A stretch of DNA of 64,000 nt from Collinsella sp. (lineage in GTDB: Bacteria > Actinomycetota > Coriobacteriia > Coriobacteriales > Coriobacteriaceae), in NCBI GenBank assembly GCA_018368345.1, contig JAGZEK010000002.1, forward strand, positions 121,111-185,110, written 5' to 3'. Numbering within the stretch: position 1 is the first letter of the stretch; every line of letters starts with the position of its first letter. A program made the position numbers and the translations under genes. Below, piece after piece: positions 29,098 through 38,114 of this stretch. A model generated the notes under the pieces. That model was not told the DNA's origin. It worked only from the letters and a program-made list of their open reading frames with translations, and did not search any database.

Positions 29098-29892
29098 CTA
29101 TTCCGCAGCACCGCTTTCGGTTCCATACGACGGCACGGGCGCCTCGACCACATGGTGATATCGATCGATATAGATGGCACGGGCCTCCAGGCGGCGCACC
29201 AAATCTTGATGGTGCGTACTCATCAAAACCGTCTTACCGGCAGCAACGTAGGCCAGCAAAAAGTTGACTACGATGTCGCACGAGTCCTCATCGAGCCCGT
29301 TGGTGGGCTCATCGAGCACTAGGATATCGGGGTTCATCGACACCACCGCAGCCAGCGCAACGCGCTTCTTTTGCCCGCCCGAAAGCTGATAGGGCGAGGC
29401 ATCGACCAGATCGGCAACCTGGAACAGCTCCATGGCATCGCGGACGCGGCGCTCGAGCTCGTCTGTCGGCAGCCCCATCTGCGCGGGGCCAAAAGCAACT
29501 TCCTCGCCCACCGTAGCGCAGAACAGCTGGGCGTCGGCATTCTGGAACACAAAGCCCACGCGCTGATGAAAACGCTGAGCGGCTGCGGAATCCTTGAGAT
29601 ATGCCGCATCGATCACGTGCCCGTCAAACAGGTACGCACCCGCGTCCGCTAGTTCAAGACCGTTGATAAGGCGCATAATCGTCGTCTTACCGCAGCCGTT
29701 GGGACCGAGTAGGGCAACGAGTTCACCACGATCGACCTGCAGCGACACACCATCGACAACCGTATGCCCCGCATAGGAGAACAGCACGTCGCGAAACTCG
29801 ATGAGCGGCACGCTCTTGGCGCCAGTAGCACCGCTCGCGCCCATCACGCCATTCGTATCGTTTGCCAAAACGTCGCCCTTCCCTATCCACAT
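29098..29892 (-). CDS. cbiO: ECF/cobalt transporter ATP-binding protein
   Basis: Walker A GPNGCGKTT, signature LSGGQKKR, Walker B ILVLDEPT. Confidence 0.85.
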   Translation of the reverse strand: MWIGKGDVLANDTNGVMGASGATGAKSVPLIEFRDVLFSYAGHTVVDGVSLQVDRGELVALLGPNGCGKTTIMRLINGLELADAGAYLFDGHVIDAAYLKDSAAAQRFHQRVGFVFQNADAQLFCATVGEEVAFGPAQMGLPTDELERRVRDAMELFQVADLVDASPYQLSGGQKKRVALAAVVSMNPDILVLDEPTNGLDEDSCDIVVNFLLAYVAAGKTVLMSTHHQDLVRRLEARAIYIDRYHHVVEAPVPSYGTESGAAE

Positions 29893-29912
29893 CGACGGCT
29901 CGGCCGCCCGCG

Positions 29913-30755
29913 CTACAGCACCGCGCGCAACACGGCGAGCAGCACCACGACGACCGCATAGACCGCATCGCGCCAGCCAAAGCCGCTCCGCGCGGGAGTC
30001 GGATACGCACCGGCAAAGCCACGGCAAAGCATAGCCTCGTCCATCGCGCGGCTGCATTCCATCGCCTTGATAAAGGTCATGCCCATGATACCCGCGATCG
30101 AATCGGTACGCGAAAAACCCGCAGGCGCACGACCCACGCTGCGCAGCATGACCGATTCGGTCAGATCGTGCGCCGTGCGTCCCAGCACCTCGATGTGCTT
30201 GAGCGCCATATCAAACGTAAAGATGACCTCGTCGGGCAGCTGTAGCGTCTTGAGCGCCGCCGACATGCGGCTCCAGGTGAGCGTCCACGAAACGCCCAGC
30301 ACGAACGACACGTTAATGAACGTCTTGAGCGCGATCTTGAGCATGGCGCCCGCGGCAGAAGCGCCCAGCAGCAGGGCAGGCAGTGCCAGAACCACCGCAA
30401 GCCCCGTGGCGCCGAGCGCCGGTACAAAGGTCGCACGCAGCCCGCGTACGGGGCGCACGGCAACGAGCACCAGCGCGATGGCCGCCATCAACATGAGGTA
30501 CAGCGGGCTCTGCGTCAGACACACGCACAGAACGCAAACGAACATCCCCACCAGGCGCACCGGAGCCGAAACGCAAGAAAGGGCGCGGTCGACCATCGAC
30601 CCGCCCTCGTGCGCGCCTCCACCCAGGCGAACCCGCTCAAGCAGGCTCGCCAGGTGCAGGACATTCTTTTGCATCACACGATGCCGAGCCCCCGCGGGCT
30701 CGTAACGCTCCTCGGCCGCAAGCCAACTAGGCAGCTCGGCTATTGCCATGAGCAC
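29913..30755 (-). CDS. cbiQ: ECF transporter transmembrane (T) component CbiQ
   Basis: Polytopic; conserved ARG...R motif region. Sits between cbiMN and cbiO. Confidence 0.8.
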   Translation of the reverse strand: MLMAIAELPSWLAAEERYEPAGARHRVMQKNVLHLASLLERVRLGGGAHEGGSMVDRALSCVSAPVRLVGMFVCVLCVCLTQSPLYLMLMAAIALVLVAVRPVRGLRATFVPALGATGLAVVLALPALLLGASAAGAMLKIALKTFINVSFVLGVSWTLTWSRMSAALKTLQLPDEVIFTFDMALKHIEVLGRTAHDLTESVMLRSVGRAPAGFSRTDSIAGIMGMTFIKAMECSRAMDEAMLCRGFAGAYPTPARSGFGWRDAVYAVVVVLLAVLRAVL

Positions 30756-31809
30756 CGCTTTCCTTGACCGTCAGCGAGACCAGGCGGAATGTGATGGTGA
30801 GCACCGCCACGCCAATCACGCCCGAAAGAATATACATCGCAGCCTGGCCGGCAAAGCCAAGGCCCTGCTCCTCGGAATAGGCCTGCAGATAATCGCCCGT
30901 GGGCAGGGCGTCGGCAAAGGTCGGGGTGTCGAGGCCGACCGAAGCCTGCAGGCTGTCGTCGCCAGCCTCCTGAACGGCGGTCGCGGCGCCCTCGGCGTCC
31001 CACTCACCCCAGGCGTCACCGGTGGCGAGCAAGCCGAGCGGCGTAGCCACGACAAGCACGGCGACCAGAATGAGCGTGGGAATCAGGGAAGTCTTCTTGG
31101 CGGTACCATCGGCGGCAAGCTGGCCATCGACGGCCTCGGGCCCGACGATAACGCTCGGCGCCGTCTTCTTAATGAAACCGTAGATGGCGGCCGTCGCCAC
31201 GCCCTCGACCACGCCAGCAACCAACATATGCGGAATCATCATGGCCGGAATGGCAACGGACAGCGGGAAGGGGCAGTACAGTGGAGCGCCCGAAGCGTTG
31301 GTGAAGAGCATCGGCTGAATACCGAACTCGATCGCCGCGCACAGGGCCGCCAGACACAGGCCGACCCAACCGCTCACGATGGCAGAAACCGAGGTGCCCC
31401 AGCTCTTGTCGTGCAGACGGCTGTTGAGCGCACGGAACACGATAGCAGCGGTAAACGGCAGCACAAAGGCCATGTTAAAGCAGTTTGCGCCAAAGGACAG
31501 AACGCCGCCGTCGCCAAACAGCAGCGCCTGCAGCGCCAGCGCGACCGAAACCGCGATGGCAGCGGCCTCGGGACCCAGCAGCAGTGCGATGAGCGCGCCA
31601 CCAACGGCGTGACCAGTGGTGCCACCGGGGAGCGGCACGTTGAACATCATGAGCAAGAAGGAAAATGCGGCGCAGATGCCCAGGAACGCCATATGCTCGC
31701 GATCGAGCGTGGCGCGTACCTTTTTGATGCAATGGACCCAAACGGGCACCATCGCCACCGCCATGACGGCATCGGTCTGCGGGGACAGATAGTTATCGGG
31801 AATATGCAT
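30727..31809 (-). CDS. cbiM: cobalt/nickel ECF substrate-capture protein CbiM with a C-terminal CbiN-like extension
   Basis: MHIPDNYLSP N-terminus (the conserved CbiM/NikM start), His-rich metal site, extra C-terminal TM segments. Confidence 0.85.
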   Translation of the reverse strand: MHIPDNYLSPQTDAVMAVAMVPVWVHCIKKVRATLDREHMAFLGICAAFSFLLMMFNVPLPGGTTGHAVGGALIALLLGPEAAAIAVSVALALQALLFGDGGVLSFGANCFNMAFVLPFTAAIVFRALNSRLHDKSWGTSVSAIVSGWVGLCLAALCAAIEFGIQPMLFTNASGAPLYCPFPLSVAIPAMMIPHMLVAGVVEGVATAAIYGFIKKTAPSVIVGPEAVDGQLAADGTAKKTSLIPTLILVAVLVVATPLGLLATGDAWGEWDAEGAATAVQEAGDDSLQASVGLDTPTFADALPTGDYLQAYSEEQGLGFAGQAAMYILSGVIGVAVLTITFRLVSLTVKESGAHGNSRAA

Positions 31810-31984
31810 GAGCCCTCTCAATCAGAACGTTGCGTGTTACGTTTCCAACAATCCGTAACACCGACTCAGCATACTAACAAAAAGGCGCACCGCCCACAAC
31901 GCAGCACGTCCTTGCAATACGTACGTTATTAACCCAGGTCCACGCACCGCCCAATAAAGGGCCCATGCACTCCCAACTTTCCGG

Positions 31985-32130
31985 TCACCCGGAAGAAGGT
32001 GCGGTCCGCTCGCAACAAGGTTAACGCAGGAACCCGCCCCCGAGAGGGGTTTTCTAAGGCAACATCCCGCAGCCGCGAAGCGGCGAGGACGTTGCCGTGA
32101 AAACCCCGCAGGGGGCGGGTTCCGAACAGC
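31985..32130. repeat. ~105-nt extended imperfect palindrome (GGAACCCGCCCCCGAGAGGGGTTTT ... AAAACCCCGCAGGGGGCGGGTTCC), same family as the 22991-23373 repeats
   Basis: Shares CCGAGAGGGGTTT, GCAGC.GCGAAGCG.CGAGGA and AAAAC..GCAGGGGCGGG blocks with 23130-23340. Confidence 0.55.
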
Positions 32131-32135
32131 AAAGA

Positions 32136-34589
32136 TTACGAGCGGACCTCGCCGTTTACGCCCTTGCACACCTTGGTGACGATCTTCTGGTGCGCCTTCT
32201 CGACCTCTTCGCTGGTAAGCGTGTGGTCGTCCGAGCGATACGTGAGCGCGAAGGCCATGGACTTCTTGCCCTTGCCGATGCGGACCGGATCGCGGTAGAC
32301 ATCGAACAGGCGCACGCCCTCGAGCAGCTTGCCGCCGGCGCTGGTGATGCGACGCTCAAGGTCCTCGCAAGTCACGGCGTTGTCGACCACAATGGCAAGA
32401 TCGTGCTCAACAGCCGGGTACTGCGAGAACTCGCGATAGTTCTCTTGGTTGCGGGCGCCCTTGATCAGCTTGTCCAGGTCAAGCTCAAAGGCAACGACAA
32501 CCTCGTCGATGCCGCAGGCCTCGCGCGCCTCGGGGTGGATCTCGCCGACCCAACCCAGCACGGTGCCGCCGGACAGAACCTCGGCCGCACGACCCGGCTG
32601 CAAAAAGGCATAGCCCTCGCCCTCGACGGGACGGAAGCGAACCTTCTCGATGCGCAGCTGGGCGAGCAGCTCCTCGACGATACCCTTGCCAAAGAAGAAA
32701 CGCAGTTTACGGTACTTCATGTTCCAAGACTGCTCGCTCCACTGGCCCGAAAGCACGCCCGCGACGGACTTGGTCTCCTTGGGCAGGCTGGCGTTTTCGC
32801 GGCCATGGAACAGGCTGCCGACCTCGTACAGGTGCACGTTGGGCGTACCGTGCGCCTCGTTGTAGGCCACGGATTGCAGCAGGCCCGGCAGCAGCGAGCG
32901 GCGCATCTCGGTCTGCTCGGCCACCAGCGGGTTCATGAGCACCACGGGGCAGCCGCGACCCTCGGCGGGCATGCCGATCTTCTCCAGGTCGCCCGGGGCG
33001 GCAAAGCCAAAGGTCGTGGTCTCGTTGAGGCCGCAGGCGCGCAGGATCTCGCCGACCTTGCGGGTAAGCTTCTGCTCGCGCGTCAGGCCGCCGATGTGGT
33101 TCTTGGCAGCCGGAATGGTCGCCGTGACGCGACCCATGCCCCACAGGCGCAGGACCTCCTCGATCAGGTCGATCTCACGCGGCAGGTCGGGACGGAAGCT
33201 CGGCGGCGTGACCATAAAGTCCTCGCCGTCGCGCTCGACGGTGCAGCCCAGGCGGGTGAGCGAGCGCTCGATAAAGTCGGGCTCGATGTCGGCACCGCAG
33301 ATGGCGTGCACACGGGCCAGGCGCAGCTTAATGCTGTCGATGGTCTTGGGCGCGGGGAAAACGTCGACATAGCCGGGAGCAACCTCGCCGCCGGCGATCT
33401 CTTCGATGAGCGCGCAGGTAACGTTGGCGACATCCACGCAGCCGGTCTCGTCAACCTGGCGCTCAAAGCGAATGGAGGCGTCGGAGATCAGCGACAGGTC
33501 ACGGCTGGTGTGCGAGGTGCGGCCGGCGTTGAAGCAGGCGCTCTCGACCATCACGTCGACGGTATCGTCCTCAATCTCGGAATCCATGCCACCCATAACG
33601 CCGGCCAGCGCCACGGGACGCTCGCCGTCGGTGATAAGGCCCATGCCGGCGTCGAGCACGCGCTCCTCGCCATCGAGGGTCGTGAACTTCTCGTCCTGCT
33701 GGGCGGCACGAACCACCACGCGACGGTGGCCATCGCGCTCGGCAAAGGTAGACAGGTCAAAGGCGTGCAGCGGCTGACCGGTGAGCATCATCACATAGTT
33801 GGTGATGTCGACGATATTGTTGTGCGGGCGCACGCCCAGGGCGTTAAGGCGCTTGACCATCCAGTCGGGCGAGGGGCCGACCTTCACGTTACGTACGATG
33901 CGGGCGACGTAGCGGTCGCACAGGCCCTCGTCGGCAATCTCGACGGAAAGCTCGTCGTCGGTCGCGCGGCCGGTCTCGGCCTTGATGGCGGGCAGCTCAA
34001 CGTGGAAATCGCGGTCGAAGATGGCGCCGGTCTCGCGGGCCATGCCGATCATGGACAGGCAGTCGGGGCGGTTGGGCGTGATCTCGCAGTCGAGCACAGT
34101 GTCGCTCGAACCCACGTACTCGGCAAACGGCATGCCGCAGGGCGTATCCTCGGGCAGGATCATAATGCCGGAGTGGTCGCCGCCCAGGCCGAGCTCGCGT
34201 GCGGAGCAGTTCATGCCCATGGACACGACGCCGCGGAGCTTGCTCTTCTTGATTTTGACGTCGCCGGGAAGCACGGCGCCGATCATGGCCGTGACGATGT
34301 GGTCGCCAGCCTCGAAGTTCTGCGCGCCACAGACGATCTGCAGCGGAGCGGGGTTGCCGTCGGCGTCGAGATTCTTGTCACCCACGTCGACCGAGCACAC
34401 ATACATATGGTCGCTATCGGGGTGCGGGGTCTTGGTGAGCACCTTGGCAGTCACCACGTGGTCGAAGGACTCGCCCACGGTGTCGATCGCCTCGACCTCG
34501 GTGCCGGTACGGATATATTCGTCCGAAAGGGTCTTGGGATCCTCCGGAATATCGATCATGGTCTTGAGCCAGTCGTAAGAAACGCGCAT
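32136..34589 (-). CDS. pheT: phenylalanyl-tRNA synthetase beta subunit
   Basis: 817 aa with tRNA-binding, B3/B4, B5 and anticodon-binding modules. Confidence 0.95.
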   Translation of the reverse strand: MRVSYDWLKTMIDIPEDPKTLSDEYIRTGTEVEAIDTVGESFDHVVTAKVLTKTPHPDSDHMYVCSVDVGDKNLDADGNPAPLQIVCGAQNFEAGDHIVTAMIGAVLPGDVKIKKSKLRGVVSMGMNCSARELGLGGDHSGIMILPEDTPCGMPFAEYVGSSDTVLDCEITPNRPDCLSMIGMARETGAIFDRDFHVELPAIKAETGRATDDELSVEIADEGLCDRYVARIVRNVKVGPSPDWMVKRLNALGVRPHNNIVDITNYVMMLTGQPLHAFDLSTFAERDGHRRVVVRAAQQDEKFTTLDGEERVLDAGMGLITDGERPVALAGVMGGMDSEIEDDTVDVMVESACFNAGRTSHTSRDLSLISDASIRFERQVDETGCVDVANVTCALIEEIAGGEVAPGYVDVFPAPKTIDSIKLRLARVHAICGADIEPDFIERSLTRLGCTVERDGEDFMVTPPSFRPDLPREIDLIEEVLRLWGMGRVTATIPAAKNHIGGLTREQKLTRKVGEILRACGLNETTTFGFAAPGDLEKIGMPAEGRGCPVVLMNPLVAEQTEMRRSLLPGLLQSVAYNEAHGTPNVHLYEVGSLFHGRENASLPKETKSVAGVLSGQWSEQSWNMKYRKLRFFFGKGIVEELLAQLRIEKVRFRPVEGEGYAFLQPGRAAEVLSGGTVLGWVGEIHPEAREACGIDEVVVAFELDLDKLIKGARNQENYREFSQYPAVEHDLAIVVDNAVTCEDLERRITSAGGKLLEGVRLFDVYRDPVRIGKGKKSMAFALTYRSDDHTLTSEEVEKAHQKIVTKVCKGVNGEVRS

Positions 34590-34752
34590 GTAGCTCTCCT
34601 AGTTCTTAATCTCCGCATAGGGAGGAAATATCAAATGAAGACGTTCGCCTTAGGGTTGTCCAGGTGCCCCAGGTTGGCGTGAAAGAGGAGCGACGCGTAC
34701 TAAAGGTACGCGAGCGACGGTTTGAACGCCAAGATGGGGTGCCTGGGCAAGC

Positions 34753-35829
34753 CTAAAATTGGTTCAGGAAGCGCATATCGCCCGTCATGAGCGTTCTGAG
34801 GTCGGGCAGGTCGTAGCGCAGGGCCGCGACGCGCTCGGCGCCAATACCAAAGGCGAAGCCGGTGTACTTCTCGGGGTCGATGCCGCAGTTGATCAGGACG
34901 TTGGGGTCGACCATGCCGCAGCCCAAGATCTCGATCCAGCCGCTGTGCTTGCAGAAGTTGCAGCCCTTGCCGCCGCACACGTGGCAGCTCACGTCCACCT
35001 CGCAGCTGGGCTCGGTGAAGGGGAAGAAGTGCGGGCGGTAACGCGTCTTGCGATCCTCGCCAAACATGCACTTAACAAAGTAGTCGAGCGTGCCCTTCAG
35101 GTCGCCAAAGGTGATGCCCTCGTCGACGACCAGGCCCTCGATCTGGTTGAACTGCGGCAGGTGGCAAGCGTCGGCTGTATCGGGACGGTAGACGGTGCCC
35201 GGGCAGATCATGTAGATGGGCGGCTTTTGCGACTCCATGGTGTGGATCTGCACGCCCGAGGTCTGGGTGCGCAACAGCACGTCGGACTCGCCGTGGGCGT
35301 GGGCCTCGGGGTGCGCGACGCTGCCGGGGTTATTGTCGACCACGTAGAAGGTATCGCGGGCCGAGCGGCTCGGGTGATCCATAGGGGCGTTGAGCGCGGT
35401 GAAGTTGTAGTAGGAGGTGTCGACCATGGGACCGGACTCGACGGTGTAGCCGATGCCGCAGAAGATGTCCTCGGCCTCCTCGATGATCTGCTTGATCAGG
35501 TGCTGGTGGCCGATCTGCGGACGGATGCCCGGCAGCGTGATGTCGACGGCGTCGTGCTCGAGTGCGCGCTTGAGGGCGGCGGCCTTCATCTCGGTGTTTC
35601 GCTCGTCGAGCATGCCCTCGATCAGCTGGCGCATCTCGTTGGCGCGCTTGCCCATCACGGGACGATCCTCGGGGGCGAGCTTGCCCATCATGCGCATCAG
35701 GCCGGTGATGCGGCCCTTGCGACCGAGCAGCTCAACGCGCGCAGCCTCGAGCTTGGCGGCGTCATCGGCACCTGCGACGAGCTCCTTGGCCTCTTCCTCG
35801 AGTTTGACCAGATCATCAATCAGACTCAT
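34753..35829 (-). CDS. pheS: phenylalanyl-tRNA synthetase alpha subunit
   Basis: Class II core motifs. Start at MSLIDDLVKLEE (ATG 35829); the 150-codon in-frame upstream extension of the ORF track is the leader, not coding. Confidence 0.95.
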   Translation of the reverse strand: MSLIDDLVKLEEEAKELVAGADDAAKLEAARVELLGRKGRITGLMRMMGKLAPEDRPVMGKRANEMRQLIEGMLDERNTEMKAAALKRALEHDAVDITLPGIRPQIGHQHLIKQIIEEAEDIFCGIGYTVESGPMVDTSYYNFTALNAPMDHPSRSARDTFYVVDNNPGSVAHPEAHAHGESDVLLRTQTSGVQIHTMESQKPPIYMICPGTVYRPDTADACHLPQFNQIEGLVVDEGITFGDLKGTLDYFVKCMFGEDRKTRYRPHFFPFTEPSCEVDVSCHVCGGKGCNFCKHSGWIEILGCGMVDPNVLINCGIDPEKYTGFAFGIGAERVAALRYDLPDLRTLMTGDMRFLNQF

Positions 35830-35839
35830 GTCTTCCCTT

Positions 35840-36230
35840 TCATCTCTCGCGCTCCCCGCTCGCCGGGACGACTGCCGCCGCCTGGCGTTGCGAAAACGCG
35901 GCCCGGTTCGGTAACAAAAAAACCGCCCTCGGGCATGTACATTGCCCAAGGACGGTTGAATTCCGCGGTACCACCTTGTTTGACGCGGCGGATGTCTGGC
36001 CCGCCGTGCCCACTCTGCGCCCCTTATCGCGAGGCTCACGGCTTCCCTACTGGGGCTTCGCCGCCGCTGGCCGCGTGCCCGTTGAGGTCGCTGCTCGGGA
36101 GTGAACGCTTGGCCCTTGTCACCGCAGGAAGGCTTGCAGCCCATGACCTTCCCTCTCTTGCCGGCGACGCGGCGGGCAAAACCCTCTCCGTCAACGCATT
36201 GGGCTACAGGATACCACATTGTGTGGGCGT
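35840..36230 (-). promoter_or_regulatory. T-box riboswitch leader of pheST
   Basis: Minus-strand T-box sequence AAGGTGGTACCGCGG (plus 35963-35985), then a terminator hairpin plus U7 (..tgcccgagggcggttttttt) about 40 nt before the pheS ATG. The 5' boundary is approximate. Confidence 0.75.
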
Positions 36231-36334
36231 ATCGCCGCGTTCCGTTTTGTTCGTGCTGGGTACAAGGCAGGTAGCTGTGCAAACTGGCCGCGCGCCCACC
36301 CGAAGCGCTCGGCTCACGAGATCAAGGATATGGT

Positions 36335-37909
36335 ATGGGAAAGAAACTCGATAAGAAGGCCGAGCCTGCAGCGGGCAAGACATCCAAAGGCATGAAGGTC
36401 GATAAGGCCGTCAAAAAAATCCGCAAGCTCGAAGGCAAGCTGTGGACTCGTGAGTACCTGCTCAAGATTGCCGAGTTTGACGGCGCGACCATTGCCCCCG
36501 CCAACGGCGCCGCAGCGCGCGCCGATGCCATGGGCACCCTTGCCGGTGAACATCACAAGCTCCTGACCAGCAAAAAGTCTGTCGAGCTTGTGCGCTCGCT
36601 GGCACGCGAGACCATCGCCGGCGGCAAGATCGACGACCCGCAGCTGCTCGACGAGATCCGCGTGCTCGGCCGCGACCAGCGCGAGGCAAGCGCCATTCCC
36701 ACCGAGGAGGCCGAGGCCTGGACCAGGCTCACCTGCGAGGCCGACGCCGTGTGGCACAAGGCCAAGACGGCCAATGACTGGGCGAGCTTTGAACCCTATG
36801 TAGATAGAATCGTCGCCCAACTTAAGCATCAGGCCGAGCTCATGGACCCCAAGCGCGACCCATACGATGTTTGGCTCGACCAGTACGAGCGCGGCCTTTC
36901 CACCGAGAGCTTCGACGCGTTTTGCGACGAGGTCAAGGCCACCGTCGTGCCGCTCGTTCACGCCATCGGCGAGCGCGGCCAGCAGCCGACTACCGACTTT
37001 TTGCACGCCCGCGTGCCCGAGGCCGCCCAGCGTGCCATGAGCTTCGACCTTATGAAGCTCGTCGGCCTGAACTTGGACGACACCACGCTTGCCTTTACCG
37101 AGCACCCGTTTAGCGAGGGCTTCTCGGTGGGTGACGCGCGCATTGCCACACACATCTACGAAAACGATTGCATCTCCAACGTCTACAGCATCATCCACGA
37201 GGCGGGACACGCCATGTACGAGCTGGGCGTGAACCCCGCTTACGCGCGCACCTGCCTGGAGGGCGGCACCTCCATGGGTATCCACGAGAGCCAGAGCCGC
37301 TTCTTTGAGAACACCGTGGGTCGCAGTCGCGCCTTTATGGGACCGCTGCTCGAGGTGCTGCGCCGTCACGCGCCCGAGGTTTACGGCAGCGTGGACGAGG
37401 ACACGCTCTACCGCGCCGTGAACATCGCGCAGCCGTCGCTGATCCGCACCGAGGCCGACGAGCTCACCTACCCGCTGCATATTATGGTGCGCTACCAGAT
37501 TGAGCGTATGCTGTTTGCCGGCGAAGCCACGGCCAAGGACATCCCCGTGCTTTGGAATCGCTTTATGGACGAGTACCTGGGCATTCCGGTTCCCGACGAC
37601 ACGCGCGGCTGCCTGCAGGATACGCACTGGAGCGGCGGCTCGTTTGGCTACTTCCCCACCTATGCGCTGGGCAGTGCCTACGACGCCATGTTCGTGCCGG
37701 CCATGTGCCGCGACGGCGTCGACCTTACCGGTGCCTGCGCGAGCGGCGATCTGGCGCCCGTCCGCGCCTGGCTGGGCGAGCACATTTGGCAATGGGGCCG
37801 CGCCAAGGACGCGCCGGAACTCATCAAGGGTGCCTGCGGCATGGATTTTGACGCCCGCTACTACTGCAGCTACCTGCAGGACAAGTTCACCACGCTGTAC
37901 GAGCTGTAA
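36335..37909 (+). CDS. M32-family metallocarboxypeptidase (carboxypeptidase Taq-like)
   Basis: HEAGHAMYE zinc site, HESQSRFFEN, DTHWSGGSFGYFP motifs. Confidence 0.9.
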   Translation: MGKKLDKKAEPAAGKTSKGMKVDKAVKKIRKLEGKLWTREYLLKIAEFDGATIAPANGAAARADAMGTLAGEHHKLLTSKKSVELVRSLARETIAGGKIDDPQLLDEIRVLGRDQREASAIPTEEAEAWTRLTCEADAVWHKAKTANDWASFEPYVDRIVAQLKHQAELMDPKRDPYDVWLDQYERGLSTESFDAFCDEVKATVVPLVHAIGERGQQPTTDFLHARVPEAAQRAMSFDLMKLVGLNLDDTTLAFTEHPFSEGFSVGDARIATHIYENDCISNVYSIIHEAGHAMYELGVNPAYARTCLEGGTSMGIHESQSRFFENTVGRSRAFMGPLLEVLRRHAPEVYGSVDEDTLYRAVNIAQPSLIRTEADELTYPLHIMVRYQIERMLFAGEATAKDIPVLWNRFMDEYLGIPVPDDTRGCLQDTHWSGGSFGYFPTYALGSAYDAMFVPAMCRDGVDLTGACASGDLAPVRAWLGEHIWQWGRAKDAPELIKGACGMDFDARYYCSYLQDKFTTLYEL

Positions 37910-37954
37910 GGATTGACCAGCACGCCATCGCCAACGCCAACCATGTTGACGCCA

Positions 37955-38112
37955 ATGTCTTGGCAACGTCAGCGAAAACGGCCCCAAGCGAGCAAGGTGA
38001 CGCGAAATGAAAGGGCGCTGACCTTCTGGTCGCGCCCTTGAAATTGAGCGTCAGATTGCCGCTTGGGGCCGTTTGCAGCGTCGAGCAGCTACGCGGTTTG
38101 GTAAAACCGCGT
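37955..38112. repeat. REP/MITE-like element (family C): 21-bp inverted termini GTCAGCGAAAACGGCCCCAAGCG / CGCTTGGGGCCGTTTGCAGCG, an internal hairpin, and a 3' 9-bp hairpin ACGCGGTTTggtaAAACCGCGT
   Basis: Homologous copy at 60775-60985; partial copy at 34640-34700 in the pheS-pheT spacer. Confidence 0.6.
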
Positions 38113-38114
38113 AG

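Noticed and set aside
35830-36282. 150-aa N-terminal extension of pheS
   Set aside because: The extension is Arg-rich junk translation of the T-box leader. The conserved PheS sequence starts at MSLIDD with its own ATG.
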